From positions 4,704,001 to 4,768,000 of the forward strand of contig OY769902.1 in NCBI GenBank assembly GCA_963669175.1: 64,000 nt of DNA, in the 5' to 3' direction. Of this stretch, positions 48,401 through 56,974 are shown one piece after another. The stretch comes from a bacterium. Its GTDB lineage: Bacteria; Electryoneota; Electryoneia; Electryoneales; Electryoneaceae. The translations under genes were made by a program, and so were the position numbers. A model generated the notes under the pieces. It was not told the origin of the DNA. It saw only the letters and a program-made list of their open reading frames with translations, and did no database searches. How positions within the stretch are numbered: position 1 is the first letter of the stretch; each line of letters begins with the position of its first letter.

Positions 48401-50207
48401 TGTAGGAAGCCAGGACGTCAACGCCATCAGCTTCATACAGGCTAACCTGGCAGTTGGTGTTGGTGCCGCCATCTTCTGCATATACAGTACCTTCGATTGT
48501 TCCCGGAGGAGGTGTACCGTAGATGCAGATATCATCAATCGCTGTGCCGAAATAGCTTGTAGCGTAAGATGAATAATAGTAGTCGTATATATGGCGGAAC
48601 TGGATGTAAATGTTCTGGCCATAGTATGCACTCAAATTGGCTACATATTCTGTCCAAGGGCCATTATTCGAAGCCCTGGTGTCTTCGTAGTTAGTATAGG
48701 AGTTGTTGTTGTTGTAGGGAGGATTGATCGGGACCATGGTCCAGTTTACGCCATCGGTAGAAGCACGAACCTGGAAACCACCATAGTACCTGTCGTAGTA
48801 GCTGTAGTAATAGTGGTCGTCCCATGCCCAGAAAGTCATCAGGGCGTTGGGGTCCGTGATCTCAAACGTCCGGGTGCTTGTCATCATGGTGAAGGAATCA
48901 TACCCGTAGGAGAATCCTGCATCCAGATCCGTTGCCCAGACATTATTGCCACTATGTGCTTCGGTTGGCCCCATGTATGATGTGGGAACGCCCCATTCCC
49001 AATCAAACATTGTGCCGTTCGGATCCAAAGTCCAATCGCCGGGGTCGGATTCGAAATCTTCCGAGTAGCCAAGCGGTGGCATGGCGTACAGGTCAAAGCT
49101 GGCATAGTTGTTACCAGCGGAAACAACGATACCATCTTCAGCGTAAGAAACGTAGTTTTCTGCCGAAACCGTTGCATTGTAAATGTTCGAATAGATGCCC
49201 ATCATGGCATAGGCGCCACCGTCACCGGTCACCGCAGTGAACCCGCCAAGTCGAACAACCGCCCCGGAAACCGGGTTGCCCGTTTCGGCATCCATCACAA
49301 AGCCGAAAACATTGGCGTCTGGTTGAGGCGCGACATACAGGACTGTGTATTCTTCACCGGTTACCGGCAAGTCGCCAGTGCCATTGTAGAACCACTGTGT
49401 ACCCATCGTTCCATCGGAATTCTCAATCCCAAGGGTCACAGAGGTGCTCATGGTGGTGCCGATATCCTGATACTGTACCACGATGTTGCCATTTTCCAGC
49501 AGGATAAGTTCGGCATCGACCGAACGTGCATCCGAACCGGATGATCCGTATTCGGAAATGTGCTGAACTTCCACAACAAGTGCAGACATTCCATCTATTT
49601 CAACGACATCATAGTAGGCCGCGCTGGCACGCGTACCACCAGTGTACCCCATGTGCATGTCACGCTGCCAGAAGGCGATATAATCGTCCGGGGACCCCGC
49701 AGAAGGGATGGCATAATGGCCAGTGCTTGTATACGGGGTGCTGAAATAAATCGAACCGTTCGAACCGAAGGAGAAGGAGGTCTTTCCTTCGCCATAGAAC
49801 GGGAAGCTGAAGTTATCGGGGAAATCGAACGGGCCCGCATAACCGTCATCCAGACTGGTATAACCATCGATCAATGTACCGCCATTATTCTCAAGATCGA
49901 TCCAGTTGAATGCCCAGCCTTCTTCCTCTTCCATGTTGTAGGCATAGTAACCGAAACCATCTGGACCCATATACTCGTCCAGTTCATCCGGCTGGTTACC
50001 AATGTGCAAAATGAACCCTGTATCATGCAGCAATTGCATCTCGTGCGGCATCAGTTCCTGACCTGCCTGATAACGCTGATACAGCTCTTCCGCATGAGCA
50101 TACATATGCTCTTTTGACATGTCGTCAAAGAGGGAAGTATCCGCAAAAGCGCCACCACACAAGACAAGAAGAAGCAACAGGGCAAACACCCATGAAACAT
50201 TCTTCAT
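42435..50207 (-). CDS. Giant acidic secreted multidomain protein (carboxypeptidase-regulatory-like, MAM/adhesin-like, FN3 modules, T9SS-type CTD)
   Basis: AAGGAG RBS, signal peptide, repeated G.V.D..TG.P...A.V units, two WE.G.PT..GP..A..G.NV.AT.L units, NYPNPFNPTT tail; no catalytic motif recognised. Confidence 0.88.
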   Translation of the reverse strand: MKNVSWVFALLLLLVLCGGAFADTSLFDDMSKEHMYAHAEELYQRYQAGQELMPHEMQLLHDTGFILHIGNQPDELDEYMGPDGFGYYAYNMEEEEGWAFNWIDLENNGGTLIDGYTSLDDGYAGPFDFPDNFSFPFYGEGKTSFSFGSNGSIYFSTPYTSTGHYAIPSAGSPDDYIAFWQRDMHMGYTGGTRASAAYYDVVEIDGMSALVVEVQHISEYGSSGSDARSVDAELILLENGNIVVQYQDIGTTMSTSVTLGIENSDGTMGTQWFYNGTGDLPVTGEEYTVLYVAPQPDANVFGFVMDAETGNPVSGAVVRLGGFTAVTGDGGAYAMMGIYSNIYNATVSAENYVSYAEDGIVVSAGNNYASFDLYAMPPLGYSEDFESDPGDWTLDPNGTMFDWEWGVPTSYMGPTEAHSGNNVWATDLDAGFSYGYDSFTMMTSTRTFEITDPNALMTFWAWDDHYYYSYYDRYYGGFQVRASTDGVNWTMVPINPPYNNNNSYTNYEDTRASNNGPWTEYVANLSAYYGQNIYIQFRHIYDYYYSSYATSYFGTAIDDICIYGTPPPGTIEGTVYAEDGGTNTNCQVSLYEADGVDVLASYITGDDGYYTFTGLQPGMYDVVFEPAYGYNDDSVEDVDVESGVVTTVDVTLTLINIWGAVYGVVEDVDGGAIAGVTITEMLTGMTAVTDEDGEFFFGDDIGDDDFRIGPYTFHVDGVFEGDVLFHDDYFYESVVEGDNEFTFTLEEIMAPQDLTTNWTTDSPDVTLYWTDPANHVVPELLQILDDQIAEHRANIAMLENSNEATAPAKLAQEQEALDILIRNAARLERRLAVGDELDSIDDFMGTVIEVNGMLANTIVPAGTNEFTVSGLAWGQESTFRVAADYGYGVYVWSEEATTRPLPSTESGYVMDAAEYDWIEINPANDGLGSIALESGDDSNSGEVSFSPLEFEYYGVTYSSFGACSNGWFSFTNFTSNTIGVTLPSTSEPNATLVPCNGDYHAGVAGDDCGIWYYVDEDNEQVIIQYRLRPYGGNTDYRFDYEIVLDCENNTILFNFQAADDWIYYFRANALGGIENTDGTEALIFDMNDLVNEMSLLFYQQPPIGQWAALTGTLTDMITGEPVADAEVVASSPELDDSFMGTSNGDGFYRILVDFDLGDYDLVVNAEGYLTAYADSVTWDEEEFEAVTDIEMEPLGSMTGIITDMNSGDPIANAVVMISNNDLDDTWMTYTDEDGYYMFERMFGRDAGPYAMAVMADGYLEGNHYNMNFGEEQYIMEQDMGLEPGGTIWGLVSYAPGQFVSGAVVVVTCVDDGESYTTMTNEVGYYEFTNMFDRALTFDVDVMATGYLPGSNDGVTFAEDQYVVQADVVLGMIDDSTPPNVGSTFNAHDTGFDLVTTPPGIYMDELVTMQYDDGVNMGSITWLNGAPSEDMMFAVPFYPECEGVLVQADIRNNAEGDWAWDYPNYPNLAGEYWDIVIRVFADDGGLPGALLYESDPTVNSADDPWNHANPMITVPADGFWVAYYTYDSEYFEPLYVDGVNNYYALAYTTNGGESWTGSSSGDPLIRATMVTSGGEMVTLGMPESQVEEPVHGMGVQTGQLRASFELGEFIDGAYTQPHLTSTAYAGIANELDEFYGFNIYYSTDGETFVSAFEEPTTIWVNFIDVGSEFEGMDVDYYATSVSDDGVESDPSETYTTMFGVAPSPVPDLEGSIDGNTITLNWTAPTTNEDGSELTDLAGYVVYRNGVVLDEVAADVVTYNDELGEDVSGILIYWVTAVDEVPLESGVAITLSTGLLGTPSFATSFEEGDLDPFNMPAWQDSTIWEVGAPTAGPLAAYTGDNVYATGLATDYLYDSYADAMVTDPFAIFSPTAALSYYHWVEYEAAGDPWDGYNVMVSPDFGETWEIIEPIGGYPVDSLHSLTAFVEPFDVKKPGFSEEPETWEQVIFFLGDYYNEDEVTYLQFRIQHAADEVTHEYFGVAIDDLELYGTPPEAVGDIEGTVTDVNEEAVQGVMVYFENDPMTFTYTNAEGEYSFSDIDANFAYTLWYEHDNFWPTSVEDVQPVEDDVITVDAIMYDPEGAVSEDAIEIRVDLHSGWEGAGEFSLESVGGGTLEWDSYVTQDEEGQVYSGKGRDWSFGERGVLAGPQTRRNGRMMRKVNGDVDAISNPFPRGPIAIGNELDELWDWLDSYSVTEATDNYGIFSAVFTEAGLVVNATYIDPVRGDNMLYMFDHDGNLEEAYPYPEEMVGSDGRGFYDITYDPASNMFLGGNGDGEIFVFSCDFSSYENMGNIGFRPTAVAYDYDNDNIFFRNWDTFFVMVDLTTDSLFDLTTDSLWQTGQAVGMAYMSMDDSGYNIWTLSRNEDNQGGYMYRYNPETNIFDMEPVMVYDPEEGKAGGMSISDGYDSGSMDITTVLIAAEGSQVDIWEGYAKPIPWLVLDPSEGVLEPEEEVNIGVSFFIPEDEREGYGVGDEFVFHAFFHGPYWDDAPSVDINVELYNSIEETEQLPVEYALHQNYPNPFNPTTNIRFALVEAQDVKLAVYNVLGQEVMHLVNNRMEAGYHTVSFDARAMASGVYFYRIEAGPFTSMKKMVLVK

Positions 50208-50876
50208 GTGGTTACTCCTTTTAACAATTTTACCCGACGTAGGAAACTTGTTCTGGACGAACCGTAGGAAGAAGTATGGTAAGCTGTGCGAAATGTATGA
50301 TGCGGGTTAGCAGATCAGTCGTCCACCCAATGCAGCAATCAGTATAGCTGTGTCGCCAAAGACCTCCCGGGTTACCCCTAAGTTTGGTTAACTATCATCA
50401 ATCTATAATCCCTTCCGAAGGTCTCCCGTCGAACGGAAGACTCGCTTGCCTCCTGATTCTTGGGCGGGTCAAAGCTGGCAGTGTTCTTTTACCCTGTACT
50501 GGACAAGGCTTTTCCTAGTTTTATAATTTCGCGTTCAAGCTACGCAATGTCAAGACTTCCAGAAATCAGACAGCAATTTCGAAATTTACCAAAAATTGTA
50601 AGTTATTTTTTAACTCTTGAGGTAATTTTTTATTTCTTAAACTTTTACGTTTTTATTGTTGGATGAATACCTATGTCCCGTTTTTTAAAAGCCGGAGTAG
50701 CTATAAAGGTTCGTGGAGGTTAACATGGATAGCATGATTCACTGGCATCAACAACGAGATACTCAATGCCTCATAACAGGGAAAAGACAATGATGCCGAA
50801 ATCCCCTGCCAACAATATGATTTTTACGCGGAATCAGGATAGCCGACCAGCGGACCGATTTACATGGATTGATCCA

Positions 50877-51437
50877 CTATACTTCCATAATTTCTTCTGT
50901 CTTCGACTCGAGACGTTTGTCAATATCAGCAACATGATCATCCGTCAGTTTCTGAATATCGTCCAGAAGCTTGTACATGTTGTCTTCAGGAATTTCACCG
51001 TCTTTCTGAGCTTTTTTCAACTGCTCATTGGCATCTCTGCGCACGGCTCGAACGGATTGCCGGGCCTCTTCAGCCATCTTGTTGACCATTTTACTCATGT
51101 CTTTTCTGCGTTCTTCAGTCAACTGGGGGATGTTGATGCGAATGACGGTACCGTCATTCACGGGATTGACACCCAGATCAGAAGTGAGAATGGTTTTCTC
51201 GATATTGGGAATAGCGTTTTTGTCGTAGGGCTGGATGATAACAAGTCGTGCTTCAGGGGTCAGAATGTTGGCAACCTGCTTCAGGGGCATTTCTGAACCG
51301 TAAAGCTTCACGACCAAACCGTCGAACATGGCTGTACTGGCTTTTCCCGTACGCACCTTCGAGTATTGTTCCATCAGGTGCTGCACCGATTTGTCCATCC
51401 GGTCTTCGGTTTCAAGCATCAACTCATCGACATCCAT
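50877..51437 (-). CDS. frr: Ribosome recycling factor
   Basis: VRTGKAS, PLKQVANI, LGVNP.NDG, PQLTEERRK, RAVRRDAN. Confidence 0.97.
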   Translation of the reverse strand: MDVDELMLETEDRMDKSVQHLMEQYSKVRTGKASTAMFDGLVVKLYGSEMPLKQVANILTPEARLVIIQPYDKNAIPNIEKTILTSDLGVNPVNDGTVIRINIPQLTEERRKDMSKMVNKMAEEARQSVRAVRRDANEQLKKAQKDGEIPEDNMYKLLDDIQKLTDDHVADIDKRLESKTEEIMEV

Positions 51438-51532
51438 GACTTACTCCGTGTTGTCCGTAATGAATGGGGAAATATGCGATGAAGAGTTGCGGAAAACAAG
51501 GGCGCTGACCGTTGAGTACATGTTTTCAAACG

Positions 51533-52975
51533 TCAAGGCAGCTCATTTTCTCCAGTATCCCCTTCCGACGACAGTACATTTTCCGCAGTAATACTATCGC
51601 GCTGTGCAAGCGCGTCCTGTACACGTTGATACATGAAATCAGGCAAACGTGACTGCATGGCCGACTGAATGGTATTACCTATGATTTTCACACCTTTCAT
51701 GCTGGCCGGGTTCTCCAACCGCTTGCGCCATAGTCGATAAGGACCGCTGGTAAACTCGCTGATCTGCGATTGGGTCAGCTTGACAATAGGACTGCCCTTT
51801 ACACTTAACGGGTTCAGGTGGCGTCCATCTTTCCGAACTTCATAATGCAGGTGCGGTCCTGTCGCCATTCCTGTCGCGCCAACGTATCCTATAACCTGCC
51901 CCTGTTTGACCCACTGACCACGACGCAGACCACGCGCATGGCTGGAGAAATGGCCATACCTGGTAACGTAACCGGAATTCCCATGCGTAATCTCAACCCA
52001 GTTGCCATAACCGGGATCGTTCCGTTCCAGGCGGGTAATTGTCCCAGATCCGGAAGCGACAACAGGTGTACCCCGTGGCGCGCCAAAATCAACCCCACGG
52101 TGCATCTTCCTGTCACCGGTAATTGGGTGTGTGCGCATCCCATAGGTACTGGTTACCCTGGAAGCAGGGAAAGGAGCGCGTAACAGGTCGCGTCTGAATG
52201 AAATACCTTCCGTATCGAAATAATCACCACCAAACTCAGCCTTCGGATCCGAACGCCAGACTGCGGTCATGGTGTCGCCATCCGCCTTCCAATATTGAGC
52301 AACCGGCACATGACCGTAGCCGATCACTTCATCATTGATACTGATCTCTTCCACCAGGAAGCGATAGCCATCTCCCACACGGGTTTCGGATGAGAAGTAT
52401 AACACGAACTGGAATATCTCGATGTACTTCACCGCCATGGCCGGGGTGCCGCCACTGCCCATGAAAGCATCCCAGAATGTGTTCTCTATCGCGCCTTCAG
52501 CGTACACCAGCACAGTGTCAGCAGCCAGTGTATCCACTTGTATCTGGAATTGCCCTTGCTCATTTTCACTGTTGCTACGGCGAATGTGGTAGGATACTGT
52601 TGACTTCGGTCGATGTATCTCAAGATGAACCAGCCCCGAGTCCGTGGTAAGCGCATTTACTTCCGTGCCAATTGGAATGCGGCGCAAATCAGTAGCGTGG
52701 CCGAGAAGTGTCGTAACCGTGTTGTAGTCATTACCAACCAACCCCAGATCCATCAGGGTATTTCCAAGCGTCTCCCCCGACCTGATGGCATGGCTGAAAT
52801 TATATTGCTCTTCCTCTACTGCAATGGATTGCGTCGCGGATTCAGACACGGCCTGTGGCGCAGTGTTGCCGCCAGGAAGGAAGAAACGGAGAATGAACAG
52901 GGAAAAGAGAAAAATGAACAGGGCAGCCGACAATATCACAAGATACCGACCACCCAGTGAAAGGCGATTCCACAT
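51533..52975 (-). CDS. M23 metallopeptidase (MepM-like)
   Basis: N-terminal TM, RTHPITG, HRGVD, YGH, TGPHLHYEV. Confidence 0.92.
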   Translation of the reverse strand: MWNRLSLGGRYLVILSAALFIFLFSLFILRFFLPGGNTAPQAVSESATQSIAVEEEQYNFSHAIRSGETLGNTLMDLGLVGNDYNTVTTLLGHATDLRRIPIGTEVNALTTDSGLVHLEIHRPKSTVSYHIRRSNSENEQGQFQIQVDTLAADTVLVYAEGAIENTFWDAFMGSGGTPAMAVKYIEIFQFVLYFSSETRVGDGYRFLVEEISINDEVIGYGHVPVAQYWKADGDTMTAVWRSDPKAEFGGDYFDTEGISFRRDLLRAPFPASRVTSTYGMRTHPITGDRKMHRGVDFGAPRGTPVVASGSGTITRLERNDPGYGNWVEITHGNSGYVTRYGHFSSHARGLRRGQWVKQGQVIGYVGATGMATGPHLHYEVRKDGRHLNPLSVKGSPIVKLTQSQISEFTSGPYRLWRKRLENPASMKGVKIIGNTIQSAMQSRLPDFMYQRVQDALAQRDSITAENVLSSEGDTGENELP

Positions 52976-53023
52976 TTGTAACCAGCTTCCCGAACTCAGT
53001 TGACAGTTATCGCGTGTTCCTGA

Positions 53024-53386
53024 TCAGCTACTCATCTGAGCTTTTATCACTTCCGTGCGCTGTTCATGGGTCAGGTAGCCCAATTCGATAAGGAGGTCAC
53101 CGAGAACGCCTTTGGAAGTGGTCTGGTAACGTACCGCTTCGTCCAATTTGCCCTTGCTGATCAACCCCATTTCCAGAGCGCATTCACCAAACCGTTTCCC
53201 AGCGCCTTTTTCTGAACTCTGGAACGCCAGCACCTGTTCAACCTGGTCACTGGTCAGGATCATCATATGAATCATTAATTGACCAAGACGCGCGCGCCCC
53301 TTCTTTTGCAGCGAAATGGCCTCATCCAATTGCTCTTCCGTGAGAAATCCCAAATCAACAACAAGTTCACCAAACATGGCTGACAT
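53024..53386 (-). CDS. Stand-alone protein of four MshEN-like motifs
   Basis: Four xxGxx(L/V)xxxGxxxxxxLxxxxxxQ units; GGAGG RBS. Confidence 0.75.
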   Translation of the reverse strand: MSAMFGELVVDLGFLTEEQLDEAISLQKKGRARLGQLMIHMMILTSDQVEQVLAFQSSEKGAGKRFGECALEMGLISKGKLDEAVRYQTTSKGVLGDLLIELGYLTHEQRTEVIKAQMSS

Positions 53387-53467
53387 CGGTGTTTCCTCCC
53401 TTATCCGACGGTAGGTAGCGAACAGGCTCTTACGAATTTATGATTGTAACGCATCCATGAACGGGAA

Positions 53468-54142
53468 TCAACGGGGAACGAGGATTTTCGACGGCACAAC
53501 CCACGCCTCACGGAACCCGGCAGACCGTGCGGAATCTGCGGCGGCATCCGCCTGTGAACGCTGCCTGAAATTCCCGATGCGTACCTTATAGTTAGGGCTC
53601 AGGTACTCCACATACACATCTCTAAACAGTTCTCGCGCCTTCAGGGCAATTTCATCCGCCTTTTCCTGGCTGGTCACATTTGCCAGTTGAACCCGGAATC
53701 CGCGAGCTTCACGAAGCGCTACCGCGACAGCTTCGCCGGACTCGTCTTGTACCTTGCTCCTGGCTTCACGGATCGCCGGCAATTTTTCACCGGCATAGTT
53801 TAACGTATACGAACGATTGATCTTTAGTCGGCGGTTCGGCGTCCAATCGTCACCGCCACTGGAATACACATTGACATAACGCTGCTGTACTGTGGACACT
53901 TCAACAGTATTGTTCAGATTGTCAACCTGAACCGGCGCTGTATAAGGTGACGCAAATTCAGCCCCATCCTGCTCCGCTTCCTGGATATACCGCTCACGTG
54001 GACGCACCGGCTCATCTTCAAATGCAGATCGCGGTGGCGCCGCACATCCTGCAATCAGGAAGAGAAACAGCCCTGTAAAAAATCCAATTTTGCCTGTATT
54101 TCTTCTCTGCACAATCAAAACCTTGTAGAATTCAAGAAACAT
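53468..54142 (-). CDS. SPOR-domain lipoprotein
   Basis: Lipobox IAGC; C-terminal GFRVQL...YKVRIGNF...A...GF..AWVV. Confidence 0.85.
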   Translation of the reverse strand: MFLEFYKVLIVQRRNTGKIGFFTGLFLFLIAGCAAPPRSAFEDEPVRPRERYIQEAEQDGAEFASPYTAPVQVDNLNNTVEVSTVQQRYVNVYSSGGDDWTPNRRLKINRSYTLNYAGEKLPAIREARSKVQDESGEAVAVALREARGFRVQLANVTSQEKADEIALKARELFRDVYVEYLSPNYKVRIGNFRQRSQADAAADSARSAGFREAWVVPSKILVPR

Positions 54143-54230
54143 CCTGCCTTACATCTGGATTTCTTTGCAGAAGATCTGTGTTTTTCATTTCATATGCAAC
54201 GGTAAACCGCTATAACATAATCGAGCTGAA

Positions 54231-55775
54231 TTACGGCGCTGATTGCACCCGGACAAACTTTTTACCAGCCATTTTTGACCCGGATTTCAATCGGACAAAA
54301 TATGTGCCGTTCGGCATGCGTATCCCGTTATTACTTTTTCCATCCCAGTTTATTGCATAGGGGCCGCTGTCATTAAAAACCCGATATTCCCGCCAGACCA
54401 GTTGCCCCAGGATATTGAAAATGGATATTTCCACCTCATCGCTCGGGTCTACATCAAATTCAATCGACATGGCACCGGCGGAAGGATTGGGATATAGCCC
54501 TTTAAAAACAATATCATCACCCGGATCATTGTTTGCAGCTATTGCCTCAACAGTATATGTTTTTGCATTGGGGTAAATACTGGTGAATGCGACGAAGCAA
54601 GGTTGACCAATTATTGGATTGGTTATGTCCAGATCCCAGATAAAGGTCCATTCACCACTGTGCGTTTTTGCACCGGCGCCCATGCCCAGGTAATCGATTC
54701 CATGCCCGTCCCCAATGTTGATAAAATCATTTACGCCATTGGGGATATGGATGAGTTTCATCCCCCAGGGACCAAGCGTTCCCTGCCAACTGATATCGGT
54801 CGAGGATACTGTCATGGCAACAGCTTCAGGATAGTATTCAGCATCTTCGAAGCCAAACCCATCTATCGAACGTGATCCGGTGGCATAAAACCACATGCCG
54901 TAACGCGCTGCATACTGGTTCAAGAATTGATACTGGTCCGGATACCTTTCTCTGACAGATTCGATCCCAACCAATGCTGCATCGTAAACCGTGCTTTCGC
55001 TGTTTGCCTCCATTTCTTCCCAGGCAATACGAATCGCCTCAATCCCAAGCGTCTGGTGAATGAAATGCACAAATACACAGGCAGCGTATTCACGATTGTC
55101 GCCACTACGCAACAATGAAGATTGAGGCTCTGCGAAATAGCCGTCAAGGTACCAGATATAATCATCGATCAATGGGTAGGCCACATCCTCCATCCAGGTG
55201 CTGTACCATTCATAAAATTGAACTTGGAACAAATTGACCCTATACCCGAACTGGATAACGTGGAAAAACTCATGAGCCAGGGTCACCCGCAATCCATTCA
55301 TCCCCCTGGTAGGATAGTAGCTTTCCGCAAAATCATTGTCACATTGAATGTATGACGGGACATCGGTACCAATGCTTCCCAGGGGGTGAGTGCTGCCGTA
55401 GTAACCATCCAGGTCCAGCAGGTAGACATGATAGTACCCGTCGTCCTCTGTCGGCGGGCTCTTGAACCCCAGCGATTCGACTTCCAGGGCGTACATCTGA
55501 TCCATGATGGACAATGTGCTGTCCACAAACCCGGCTGCGGGTACATCCACACCGGAAGTTGCGAAGTGGACTTTGAATCTGCCTGACGGGGAAACACGTT
55601 CTTCAGACAACACCGGACGCATGGCCATGGCGCTGCGAGCGGCCTGAAGCGCTTCAACGGTGCCACAGCGATTACGTAATCCTGAGGCGTTTAAATCCAA
55701 AGGGTGAGCAATCCAGATACCAAGCAGGAGAATGAACCAGGGCAGGCAAGTTCTTTTCAGGTTAGCAACGATCAT
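54231..55775 (-). CDS. Secreted zinc metalloprotease-like protein (HExxH) with FlgD-Ig/T9SS-type C-terminus
   Basis: RCGT, SPSGRFKVHF, TLAHEFFHVIQFGY, YPNP, WDGK..G..M.NGTYF. Confidence 0.78.
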   Translation of the reverse strand: MIVANLKRTCLPWFILLLGIWIAHPLDLNASGLRNRCGTVEALQAARSAMAMRPVLSEERVSPSGRFKVHFATSGVDVPAAGFVDSTLSIMDQMYALEVESLGFKSPPTEDDGYYHVYLLDLDGYYGSTHPLGSIGTDVPSYIQCDNDFAESYYPTRGMNGLRVTLAHEFFHVIQFGYRVNLFQVQFYEWYSTWMEDVAYPLIDDYIWYLDGYFAEPQSSLLRSGDNREYAACVFVHFIHQTLGIEAIRIAWEEMEANSESTVYDAALVGIESVRERYPDQYQFLNQYAARYGMWFYATGSRSIDGFGFEDAEYYPEAVAMTVSSTDISWQGTLGPWGMKLIHIPNGVNDFINIGDGHGIDYLGMGAGAKTHSGEWTFIWDLDITNPIIGQPCFVAFTSIYPNAKTYTVEAIAANNDPGDDIVFKGLYPNPSAGAMSIEFDVDPSDEVEISIFNILGQLVWREYRVFNDSGPYAINWDGKSNNGIRMPNGTYFVRLKSGSKMAGKKFVRVQSAP

Positions 55776-55870
55776 GTCCGGTTCCTTGTCTTCGCTTTTG
55801 ATAAAATAAGTTCAGCGTAGTATCAGCTCAAGAACCGGGTGTTTTCCGCATTGATGCCAATCAGCTACTT

Positions 55871-56104
55871 TTACTCACGGTTCAATGTCCGGAAGAACTG
55901 GTCCGGACGATCCTGGCTGGTTTGAAGGTGGCGAACGGTCAGATAAAAATCGCTTTTACACTTCCCGCAATGAAACGGGAACAGGCCGGCCCAGAGCAGC
56001 CATTTCTTCTGCATATAGGTATGCCGTTCCTGACGACGAATGCGATGGGAACCACACTTGGGGCAGACTGGCTTGCTCCAGGTCCAGAATCTAAAACTGA
56101 TCAT
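55871..56104 (-). CDS. Small zinc-ribbon protein
   Basis: CPKC...CGKC; starts 18 bp after the hpnD stop. Confidence 0.55.
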   Translation of the reverse strand: MISFRFWTWSKPVCPKCGSHRIRRQERHTYMQKKWLLWAGLFPFHCGKCKSDFYLTVRHLQTSQDRPDQFFRTLNRE

Positions 56105-56122
56105 TGTATACCAGTGTTTTGT

Positions 56123-56974
56123 TTAAAAGGCTGTCACAGCGGCAAGCACTTCACCCGCCTTACGCCACGGTGGCAAACTTACACGATGATCCAGGATCTG
56201 GCAGGGATCCTGCTCTATCTTGTACAGCAACGCACGGTATACTCTGCGCATGGCTTCCGACGTCATCAAACGCGCCGCTGCTGATTTCGGACGGTATTTT
56301 TCTGCTTCGTTATAGGCCAGTTTCGCCATGCTGATCAGGCTGCGGATCAGGGCTTCCATCCGTTTGCCACGGCGTCCACGTGCAATATCATCCGCGGTGA
56401 CACCATGCTGATCCAGCAATTCACGGGGTACATACACCCTGCCATTGAGCGCATCGGTACGCAGATCACGAATGACATTGGTCAACTGCATGGCGCGTCC
56501 CAGCGCCATACCATATTTCTTCGCCTGTTCACCGGCAACGCCGAACACTTCCAGGCACAACAGGCCGACAGTTCCCGCCGCACGGTAGCAGTATTCATCC
56601 AATTCGTCTTTGGTGCTGAGCGCTACGGGTTTGATGTCCCCTTCCATGCCGACCAGCAAATCATCGAAATACTGTTTCGAAAGGCGGTATTTACCGACCG
56701 TATCGGCCAGAGCCAGTTCCATCGGGGATTCCGGGGTTCCGGTGTATACACGCTCCAATCCGCACTGAACTACTTCCAGCGCAGCACGACGCAATGACTC
56801 GTCAGGAAGTTCATCAACAGCATCATCTGCGGCACGACAGAACGCGTAGACCGCGTAAATCGCGTATCGTTTGGTACGAGGTAACAACTGGAACGCCATG
56901 AAGAAGTTGCCCGCAGAACGCTTGACCACTTCCTTGCAATACTGGTATGCACTCCCCAGGTGCTGGACTTTCAT
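56123..56974 (-). CDS. hpnD: Presqualene diphosphate synthase HpnD (squalene/phytoene synthase family)
   Basis: NFFMAF, YAFCRAADDAVD, YCYRAAGTVG, QLTNVIRD; coupled to hpnC. Confidence 0.82.
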   Translation of the reverse strand: MKVQHLGSAYQYCKEVVKRSAGNFFMAFQLLPRTKRYAIYAVYAFCRAADDAVDELPDESLRRAALEVVQCGLERVYTGTPESPMELALADTVGKYRLSKQYFDDLLVGMEGDIKPVALSTKDELDEYCYRAAGTVGLLCLEVFGVAGEQAKKYGMALGRAMQLTNVIRDLRTDALNGRVYVPRELLDQHGVTADDIARGRRGKRMEALIRSLISMAKLAYNEAEKYRPKSAAARLMTSEAMRRVYRALLYKIEQDPCQILDHRVSLPPWRKAGEVLAAVTAF

